From contig AP038806.1 in assembly GCA_047150005.1 (NCBI GenBank), forward strand, positions 3,200,001 to 3,264,000: a DNA stretch of 64,000 nt, in the 5' to 3' direction. Of this stretch, positions 57,050-64,000 are shown piece by piece (the first letter of the stretch is position 1; the number at the start of each line of letters is the position of its first letter). The translations under genes were made by a program, and so were the position numbers. The DNA comes from Nitrospira sp. (GTDB lineage: Bacteria > Nitrospirota > Nitrospiria > Nitrospirales > Nitrospiraceae). The notes under the pieces are model-generated. The model saw only the letters and a list, made by a program, of their open reading frames with translations, did no database searches and was not told the DNA's origin.

Positions 57050-58620
57050 GGCTGCGGCACCACATAGGTCAGGCGAAAGATGACTTGGTTGGCCGTCGAT
57101 CCGACTCTCGTGTCCGATACCGAGACGTCTTGGAACTTACCGCTCCCGGAGAACGCTTGCTTGATTTTCTCCACTGCATCGAACGACGCGGTTTCGCCTT
57201 CGAGATGAACGGTCGAGCCGTCGATCGTCAGATCCCGGATGGTCAAGGGAACGCCGGACGGCAGTTGCTTCGCCAGGCTCGACAGGTGGGCCAGCATGTT
57301 GGAACGGCTGCCGTCGATGACGGCGAGACCCTTCTCGAGCTGTCCGACGCGATAGCGTGCCACATCGATCTCCTCACCCGACCCAGCTCCTTCGCCGAAG
57401 CTGCGGACGAAGTCGGCGTGAAGCGTCTGCTTGACGTCGGTAAAGGCCCGGTCCTTGACGTAGACCCGCACGGAAAGATCGATCAACGCCAACATGCCGA
57501 GTACCACGGCGCCCCACAGGGCCAGCCGGCGGTCCTGATGCAACGCCGCAGCTTGTGCGGAGGCGGCTGCCGTCCCGGCATTCAAATCGACGGCAAGGTC
57601 GGAGCCGATGGCTTTGGTCTTCCAGCGTGGGCGGACGATCTTGGGATGGATGGCCAGACCGAAGGCGATCGAAAAGGCTCTGGGGCACGACGCGCCGAAT
57701 CCCTGGCGCGGTCCGACGGGAATCAGCCCGAGCTCCTGGGCGACGTGTCCGCCCAACTCTCGCAGTTTGGACCCTCCGCCTGAGACCCAGCAATGGGAGA
57801 GACGCTGACGTCCGTTGCCCTCATAGGCGTGCAGCGTCACACGCAGTTCCTTCAACAGAGGCTCCAGCCAGGCGTTGACGTCGTGAACGGCCATGGTCCG
57901 CTTGCGCCGCTCGGCTTCCGCAAAACTGCAGGCGTAACGGGCGGCCAGGGCATGGGTAAGGTGATTGCCGCCCCACAGGAGGGTACGGAGCAGGGTCGGG
58001 CGCCCTTCTCGAATGAGGCAGAGCGTTGTCTTTGTCGCTCCGACATCGATGATCGCCAGGTCGCCGGGCACGCGGGCCCCTTCTTCTTGCAGGAACTGGG
58101 TGACGGAATAGAGCGCCATGCCGTCCACGCCGATGGCGGAGGGCTTCAAATCCGCCGCGGCCAGGAATTGAAGATGCTCGGCGACCTTCTCTTTCGGTGC
58201 TGCCGTCACGAGGACTTCGGCGGTCTTGGGTTTCTGCGGGGCATCCGCCGATTCTCTCGCGGGCAGGACCATGCTCCCCATCGCCACGTCGTCCAGGGCC
58301 ATGGGGATGAGATTTTCCACCTCGAACGGCACGACCTGCGCCAGTTTTGCGGCGTCGCGGAACGGAAAGGACAGGGTGCGGATGAACAGATCCTGGCAGG
58401 GCAGGGCGGTGACAATATCGCCGCTACCGTAGAGGCCGTGCTGCCAGAGAAAGCTTCGTAATTGACCGGCGCGCTTGGCCGGTTCGGCGGTTTCCGGACG
58501 ACCGAAAGGGAGCGGAAGATGAAAGTATTCGACGGACTCTCGGCCGGTCAGGCGGCGGCGGAATCGCACAGCCTTAAATGCCGTCAGTCCGATATCGAGG
58601 CCCACACATTCGGCGACCAT
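57046..58620 (-). CDS. gspL: T2SS protein L (PilM-like actin fold plus PilN-like domain)
   Basis: GLDIG, IDVGATKT, SGGGS, TM and PilN-like C-terminus. Confidence 0.85.
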   Translation of the reverse strand: MVAECVGLDIGLTAFKAVRFRRRLTGRESVEYFHLPLPFGRPETAEPAKRAGQLRSFLWQHGLYGSGDIVTALPCQDLFIRTLSFPFRDAAKLAQVVPFEVENLIPMALDDVAMGSMVLPARESADAPQKPKTAEVLVTAAPKEKVAEHLQFLAAADLKPSAIGVDGMALYSVTQFLQEEGARVPGDLAIIDVGATKTTLCLIREGRPTLLRTLLWGGNHLTHALAARYACSFAEAERRKRTMAVHDVNAWLEPLLKELRVTLHAYEGNGRQRLSHCWVSGGGSKLRELGGHVAQELGLIPVGPRQGFGASCPRAFSIAFGLAIHPKIVRPRWKTKAIGSDLAVDLNAGTAAASAQAAALHQDRRLALWGAVVLGMLALIDLSVRVYVKDRAFTDVKQTLHADFVRSFGEGAGSGEEIDVARYRVGQLEKGLAVIDGSRSNMLAHLSSLAKQLPSGVPLTIRDLTIDGSTVHLEGETASFDAVEKIKQAFSGSGKFQDVSVSDTRVGSTANQVIFRLTYVVPQP

Positions 58621-58676
58621 CCGAATTCACCGTTACAAAGAGACCAGGCCGATTCCTGGCGCCAGAACCTTTGATA

Positions 58677-59579
58677 TTACACCGACAACCTAGGATTTGC
58701 GATAGTTCCGAGCACTTTAAATGTAAGAGAGGTGCCGGGCGGGAGCGGGGGTAGCGCCAGTCCGGCGGATTTTTGAGCCCAGCCGGCTCCGGCTTGGACG
58801 GTGACGCTCAACTCCAGCTCGGTCTGATGGATCGGTTGCATCAGGCGGAATCGGCCTTGCCCCGAAATGGTCCCGTCCGGACCCTCTCCGTTGAATTCCT
58901 TCACGTCGCATTGGTCGTTGCGGCACATAAGCGTGAGCATGACGCGGTTGAATGTCAGCGAAGGGATTCGGCTCGGCCCCGCCGGGATCTGCTCCAGGGT
59001 CAGGTCCGCTGCTTCTGCCTTCCATGTTCCGTCGCCTTTGAACGCGACGGTTCCGTCCGGATTGCCGATCCATGCCTGATCCACATCGGCCCGGAAGAGA
59101 CCTTTTGTGACGAGCGGTTTAAGGAACAACGACAGATCGATCTGCTGGAGGTGGGCTTTCACGGCCGTCGGTCCTCGAAAGGACCAGGACGAAGCCGTGA
59201 CGGTTCCCGTGGCCCTGGCCGCACCGGGCTGGCCCGAACCCGGAAAATGCACCAGAGCGTCGAGCGTGTGGCGTCCCGTGAGTTGGGCCCACAGCCCGAC
59301 CTTCATGGTCATCGATTCAATCGGAAACGAAGCGGCGTTGGGTCTTGAGACCATCACGTCGCGCCAGGCCACGCCGAGCGGGAATTCGACGGACCACTCT
59401 GCCGCTCGTACGTCCCATCCGGTGGCCCGCATGATTTCGGTCAGGATACGGGCCTGCAGCGCCTGGAACGGAAAGGTCAGAAACAGGAAGCCGACGAAGC
59501 TGAGCACTCCCGCCGCCGTCCAGAGGAGCGGCTCCTTCATGGAGTTTGCCAGGCTGGACCAGGGCAGGCGCAGGGTCAT
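58677..59579 (-). CDS. gspN: T2SS protein N
   Basis: FLFLTFP TM, C-terminal GTIANPR; ATGA overlap with gspJ. Confidence 0.75.
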   Translation of the reverse strand: MTLRLPWSSLANSMKEPLLWTAAGVLSFVGFLFLTFPFQALQARILTEIMRATGWDVRAAEWSVEFPLGVAWRDVMVSRPNAASFPIESMTMKVGLWAQLTGRHTLDALVHFPGSGQPGAARATGTVTASSWSFRGPTAVKAHLQQIDLSLFLKPLVTKGLFRADVDQAWIGNPDGTVAFKGDGTWKAEAADLTLEQIPAGPSRIPSLTFNRVMLTLMCRNDQCDVKEFNGEGPDGTISGQGRFRLMQPIHQTELELSVTVQAGAGWAQKSAGLALPPLPPGTSLTFKVLGTIANPRLSV

Positions 59580-60193
59580 GACGGGGCTCCGACGGACACC
59601 CACTGGCGGATGATCCGCGGATCCGGCGCGTCCTGCTCAAGGGTCAGTTCGATCAAGACCGCCGCCGGGACCCCGGACCTGGCCCGCCCGTCCCACTCGT
59701 CTGTCCAGATATTGCCGGTCCGGTTGTAGTAACGAACGTTGAACCCTCGCACTCTCTTCGCCAGTTCCATTTGCTCCAGCGATTCGTCGTTGATGCCGAA
59801 GATATTGCGCCGGACGATCCGCATCAGGCTGGTTTCGTTCCTGGTATAGACGATGCGGACCATTTCCGTATCGGTTGCGGCGTTCATCGCGCGAAACGGT
59901 CCGACCGTCATGAACGCGATCGTATCGGCCGGTTCCCCTCCCTGTTGCCCATTGATGCCGACCCAGGGACTTGCGGGGTGTTGGAGGCTCATGGCCAGTT
60001 CGTCGGCCATGACGCGCAGCGTGCTCCGCAGCAACTGCTCCTCCGTGGCCGTGGTGCGGGTCCGATCGATCGCGCTGGCGGTCAGATAGAGCGCGCTGAA
60101 CACCATCGTGGCGATCACGGCCACCAGGGCGACCGCCAGCAGCACCTCGACCAACGTAAATCCCTGCTCAGAGCGAGGCAGACGAAAAGACAT
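59576..60193 (-). CDS. gspJ: T2SS minor pseudopilin J
   Basis: QG|FTLVEVL prepilin site, W.DEW, P.AV.IEL. Confidence 0.85.
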   Translation of the reverse strand: MSFRLPRSEQGFTLVEVLLAVALVAVIATMVFSALYLTASAIDRTRTTATEEQLLRSTLRVMADELAMSLQHPASPWVGINGQQGGEPADTIAFMTVGPFRAMNAATDTEMVRIVYTRNETSLMRIVRRNIFGINDESLEQMELAKRVRGFNVRYYNRTGNIWTDEWDGRARSGVPAAVLIELTLEQDAPDPRIIRQWVSVGAPS

Positions 60194-60593
60194 AGGTGCT
60201 GACCTCGACCATTTCCTCTGCGGCCCCTTGTGGCCAGATGATTTGAATCTTCACTTCCCGGACGTTCGGCAGCATCGTGGTCATCACAAAGCGCTTCCAG
60301 CGGTATTTCTCCGCGCGATGCTGGAAGTCAGCCGGGGATTGAGCCCCAGGAGGGGGATTCTGAAAATCGCCGCCGGTTTCGCCCAGCGGAAAGGCGGTCG
60401 CCGCCTCCGCTTCCATCAGCTTTTCCTGTGCGAGCATGGTGGCGGCCGCAATGTCGCCGGCCCGCGAGTACAGGCCCAAATCGAAGTTGCGCAAGCCGAG
60501 GAGAATCGGCAGGGCCATCGCCAGGATGGCCAGTGCGATCAGCACTTCCAGCAGGGTGAAACCTCGAGCGTCGTGCATCTTACGACTGCCCAC
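60168..60593 (-). CDS. gspI: T2SS minor pseudopilin I
   Basis: RG|FTLLEVLIALAIL prepilin site; operon order. Confidence 0.85.
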   Translation of the reverse strand: MGSRKMHDARGFTLLEVLIALAILAMALPILLGLRNFDLGLYSRAGDIAAATMLAQEKLMEAEAATAFPLGETGGDFQNPPPGAQSPADFQHRAEKYRWKRFVMTTMLPNVREVKIQIIWPQGAAEEMVEVSTYVFSSASL

Positions 60594-61233
60594 CCGGTGC
60601 CACGGGCGCGACGGGCTTGAGTCCGGGAAGGGTCTGTTGAATCTGCAGCAATTGGCGGATGCGCTCCGGAAGCGTCCAGGGTCGCGGAGGCTCGATCCGT
60701 TGATCGCTCACGCGGATGGTGGCCGTCACCGGCTCCACCTGGATTCCCAGGAGATTGTTGTTGTCGTCCATCAGGTGCATCACGACCGGATCGATCTTGC
60801 CGTTTGGATAGAACAACAGCGCAGTCCGGCCGGCGCTACTCTTCTTCTGGCCGATCTGAATGTCTGTAATATGAATCGATTCGGGCAGGTTGACCGGCGT
60901 CTGCCAGGCTTCATTGAGCGGCAGCCGTTCCTCACCATCCTGGAGAATCATCGGCCAGTACTGTCCTCGTTCGAGATCGATGTGTAACCGCACGGGTTTC
61001 TGGGCGGCGACGGCCATATCTTGGAAGGTCCGAAGCGCGCTGACCCACTTTCGTCCGTTGGACGCAAGGGTCTCGCCGATCCCGATGCGCGGGATCAGGA
61101 TAGTCAGCAAACCGGTCAACAGGAAGAGCACGATGATGATTTCAAGAATGGTGAAACCGTCCGTCCCACGGCGGCGCTCCCGGGGCCGGTTCTGGAAGCC
61201 TGGCTCGGCTGCGCGGGAAAGATAATGTGTCAT
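60580..61233 (-). CDS. gspH: T2SS minor pseudopilin H
   Basis: G|FTILEII prepilin site, FYPNG; operon order. Confidence 0.8.
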   Translation of the reverse strand: MTHYLSRAAEPGFQNRPRERRRGTDGFTILEIIIVLFLLTGLLTILIPRIGIGETLASNGRKWVSALRTFQDMAVAAQKPVRLHIDLERGQYWPMILQDGEERLPLNEAWQTPVNLPESIHITDIQIGQKKSSAGRTALLFYPNGKIDPVVMHLMDDNNNLLGIQVEPVTATIRVSDQRIEPPRPWTLPERIRQLLQIQQTLPGLKPVAPVAPGGQS

Positions 61234-61304
61234 GGAGCTGCTCTGGGCCGATCGCGGGAGCCGGCGGTAGCACCTCCGCGATGATCCGATCCCGGATCGG
61301 ACGG

Positions 61305-61862
61305 TCAGTCCTTATCGAGGTTCCAGTTGGTGATGTCGGCGTTCACCCCTTCTCCGCCGGCCTCTCCGTCGGTGCCGAGCGACGTGACTTGATAGTCGCC
61401 CTTGATCTGGCCGTACTGGCCCTGCTGGACGGGGGCCGGGCTCACATATTTATATGGATTGCCCCAGGGATCTTCCGGGACGTTCGGAATGTACCCGCCC
61501 AGTTTCCACTTTTTTGGAATGACGCCGACCGATGGTTTCTCGACCAAGGCTTTCAGGCCCTGTTCCGTCGTGGGATACACGCCGTTGTCCAGCTTGTACA
61601 GTTGCAGCGCCCCTTCGAGATTGCGGATCTGCACCTTGGCGGCCGTGCGCTTCGCGTCGTCCGTCCGTCCCATGATGCGCGGGACGACCAGGGCTGCGAG
61701 AATGGCGAGGATCGCCACCACGACCATGATCTCGATGAACGTGAACCCGCGGTGCCCCAGCAGCAGGTGGTGGGGATGAGGCCGCCCCGGAGCGACTTCA
61801 AAGTCGCAAGCGGTCTGCCGTGCCGTCTGTCGGTCGTTCGTTTCCATCCTGTCGCTCACCAC
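61305..61862 (-). CDS. gspG: T2SS major pseudopilin G
   Basis: RG|FTFIEIMVVV, YKLDNGVYPTTEQGL, DPWGNPY, SLGTDG..GGEG..ADI. Confidence 0.96.
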   Translation of the reverse strand: MVSDRMETNDRQTARQTACDFEVAPGRPHPHHLLLGHRGFTFIEIMVVVAILAILAALVVPRIMGRTDDAKRTAAKVQIRNLEGALQLYKLDNGVYPTTEQGLKALVEKPSVGVIPKKWKLGGYIPNVPEDPWGNPYKYVSPAPVQQGQYGQIKGDYQVTSLGTDGEAGGEGVNADITNWNLDKD

Positions 61863-61905
61863 ACACCTCCGTTGACGTGATCGTTGTTGCCGTACTCGTC
61901 GGGTT

Positions 61906-63144
61906 TCACCCTACCATTTGACCCATCTCGAAGATCGGAAGCAAGATGGCGACGACGATGAAAAACACGAGGATGCCCATGACGAGGATCATGACCGGCT
62001 CCAGCAGCGAGGTGAAACGCGTGATCACTCGGTCGACCTCGCCGTCGTAGATCTGTCCGATTCGCCGCAACATCTCCTCCATTTCGCCGCTCCGCTCGCC
62101 GACGGCGATCATGTGGGTGACGAGCGAGGGAAACTCGCCGCTTCGCTTCAGCGGCTCGGCGATGGTTTCTCCCTCCCGGATATTCTGGCGCGCCTCTTCG
62201 ACGGCGTGTTCGAGCACCCGGTTATTCATGACCCTCCGGGAGACGTCCATGGCCTCGAGCAGTTGGACGCCGCTCGCCAGCATCGTGGCGAGGGTGCTGG
62301 ACAATCGGGAAATCGACACCATGCGCGCGACGTCGCCGATCAGTGGCAGCCTGAGGATGAGACGGTCGGCCAGAACGCGGCCGGTCTCCGTCCTGACGCT
62401 TCGGCGCACGGCCCACATCAGGACGACCGCGCCGCCGACAAGGACGGGCCAGTAATCCGCGCACCAGCGGCTGAGCGTCATCAGGACTACGGTCGGCCAG
62501 GGAAGCGCCTGCTTCAAGTTTGCGAAGACGGCCGTGATTTTCGGCACGACGAACGTCATGAGGAAAAACAGGACGGCCACGCCGACAAGCAGCATCAAGG
62601 CTGGGTAGAGGATGGCGTTCGTCACCTTGTGCTTGAGCGCGAGCTGCTTCTCCAGGAACTCCGCGAGCCGGAACAGGATCTGATCCAGCGCGCCGCTGGC
62701 TTCCCCGGCCCTGACCATGTGAACGTAGATCTGGGAGAACTCTCGCGGATAACGCTCGAGCGCGACGCTGTAGGACTTGCCGCCGCGAATCTCCTCGCGA
62801 ATGTCGGCCAGGATCGACTTGACCGATTTCTTCTCGGTCTGTTCGAGGAGCACGCCGAGAGCGTCGACGAGGGGCAGCCCCGCAACGAGCAGCGTGGCCA
62901 GTTGCCGCGTCATCATGGCGATGTCGCCGGGCCCCAACGCGGACCGGCCGCCCACGGGAGCCGGTCCCGTCGATGCGCGGGAGGCAGTCGGGGCCTGGCC
63001 GGCGCTTCCCTGCTCCGACATCTCCGTGGGAAAGACGCCGTCCTTCCTCAGTTTGAGCCGGGCGACCTTGGGGCTTTCGGCGTCGATGATACCGGTCGCC
63101 GATCCCCCGTCCTGTTTGTAGCCACGGTATTGATAGACCGGCAT
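61906..63144 (-). CDS. gspF: T2SS inner-membrane platform protein F
   Basis: TRQLATL..AGLPL, AGEASG, AVGERSG, LLEP. Confidence 0.95.
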   Translation of the reverse strand: MPVYQYRGYKQDGGSATGIIDAESPKVARLKLRKDGVFPTEMSEQGSAGQAPTASRASTGPAPVGGRSALGPGDIAMMTRQLATLLVAGLPLVDALGVLLEQTEKKSVKSILADIREEIRGGKSYSVALERYPREFSQIYVHMVRAGEASGALDQILFRLAEFLEKQLALKHKVTNAILYPALMLLVGVAVLFFLMTFVVPKITAVFANLKQALPWPTVVLMTLSRWCADYWPVLVGGAVVLMWAVRRSVRTETGRVLADRLILRLPLIGDVARMVSISRLSSTLATMLASGVQLLEAMDVSRRVMNNRVLEHAVEEARQNIREGETIAEPLKRSGEFPSLVTHMIAVGERSGEMEEMLRRIGQIYDGEVDRVITRFTSLLEPVMILVMGILVFFIVVAILLPIFEMGQMVG

Positions 63145-64000
63145 TACACCTCCACTTCCTGCTGCGTCATACGCAACACTTCTTCGGTGGTCGTGATCCC
63201 TTGAAAGATCCTATCCGCGGCTTCGTCTTTCAGGAGAATCATGCCTTTGGCGAGGGAGGTCTGTCGGATCGCCGCGGCATCCGCCTTGCTGCCGATGAGG
63301 CGGCGAATGTCGTCGTCCATCACCAGCAGCTCGTGGATGCCGGTTCGGCCGCGGTAGCCTGTCTGAGAACAGGCTGGACATCCGGCGCCTCGGAAGAACG
63401 TCGGCCGTTTCTTTCCCGGGACCACCCCGAGGCGGATCAGTTCTTCGTCGTCCGGTTCATACGACTTCTTGCAGTCCGGGCAGATCTTGCGGATCAACCG
63501 CTGGGCGAGCACGGCCACCACGGACGAGGCCACCAGAAACGGCTCGATTCCCATGTCGATCAGGCGCGTCGCGGCGCTGGCCGCGTCGTTGGTGTGCAGT
63601 GTGGAAAATACGAGGTGGCCTGTCAACGACGCATGGATCGCGATCTCCGCCGTCTCACGGTCCCGGATTTCTCCAATCATGATGACGTCCGGGTCCTGTC
63701 GCAAGATGGACCGGAGTCCGGCGGCGAACGTCAGATTGATCTTCGGATTGACCTGCATCTGCCCGATGCCGACCAGCTGATATTCCACCGGATCCTCGAC
63801 GGTGATGATGTTCTTGTCCGGCGCGTTGATTTCGCTGAGGGCGGCATAGAGGGTGGTGGTCTTGCCGCTCCCCGTCGGCCCCGTAACGAGGATGATGCCG
63901 TGTGTCAGTTGAATGAGTTGTTGAATGGTGCGGAGCCGGTCCTGTGAGAACCCCATTTCGGAGAGATTCAGAAGGCGATTCTCCTTTTCCAGCAACCGCA
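63144..64000 (-). CDS. gspE: T2SS ATPase E (5' part outside the window)
   Basis: [34 protein letters not shown]...CPAC zinc motif. Confidence 0.95.
   Translation of the reverse strand, partial: RLLEKENRLLNLSEMGFSQDRLRTIQQLIQLTHGIILVTGPTGSGKTTTLYAALSEINAPDKNIITVEDPVEYQLVGIGQMQVNPKINLTFAAGLRSILRQDPDVIMIGEIRDRETAEIAIHASLTGHLVFSTLHTNDAASAATRLIDMGIEPFLVASSVVAVLAQRLIRKICPDCKKSYEPDDEELIRLGVVPGKKRPTFFRGAGCPACSQTGYRGRTGIHELLVMDDDIRRLIGSKADAAAIRQTSLAKGMILLKDEAADRIFQGITTTEEVLRMTQQEVEV

Noticed and set aside
61918..63947. Long plus-strand ORFs (428 and 248 aa) opposite gspF and gspE, and similar ones opposite clpB, recN, comM, pst and the regulators
   Set aside because: Antisense shadows expected from high-GC codon bias; no recognisable motifs
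55564..64000. T2SS as a dedicated phosphate-starvation secretion system
   Set aside because: Only adjacency supports it; the Pho-like box lies downstream of gspK facing pstS, and the T2SS promoter is outside the window
1..64000. CRISPR array, rRNA, prophage, integron or known riboswitch
   Set aside because: No regularly spaced repeats, cas, phage or integrase genes, or recognisable aptamer consensus seen by eye; a covariance-model search would be needed to exclude riboswitches

Overview
A GC-rich bacterial chromosomal window. Gene content and protein style suggest a Nitrospira-like organism (inference, no database search). It is mostly core genome: a NiCoT/UreH-type nickel transporter, accD-folC-lptD, trxA, recN, bcp, comM, clpB, tRNA-Thr(UGU), a complete pstSCAB-phoU locus with a divergent porin operon and a second PstS, and a type II secretion cluster (gspE partial, F, G, H, I, J, N, L, M, K). 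The most unusual parts are: (1) a signalling cluster at 8.5-16.8 kb built around a 1386-aa REC-PAS-pseudokinase-PilZ-PilZ-LuxD-like hydrolase-methyltransferase fusion, followed by a histidine kinase, a sigma54 activator and a degenerate HD-GYP protein; (2) a secreted PHM/DBH-like copper monooxygenase-fold protein paired with a SnoaL-like protein; (3) an intact IS1202-family element with a 16-bp target duplication that extends a PP2C gene by 4 codons and spares the neighbouring promoter; (4) a Pho-box-like motif read directly from the sequence (three hexamers at 11-bp period, 21 nt, then a -10 box), found four times, once before an orphan gene; (5) a QseE/G/F (GlrK/QseG/GlrR)-like three-component system; (6) several apparently leaderless genes. 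All product calls come from motif recognition by eye.
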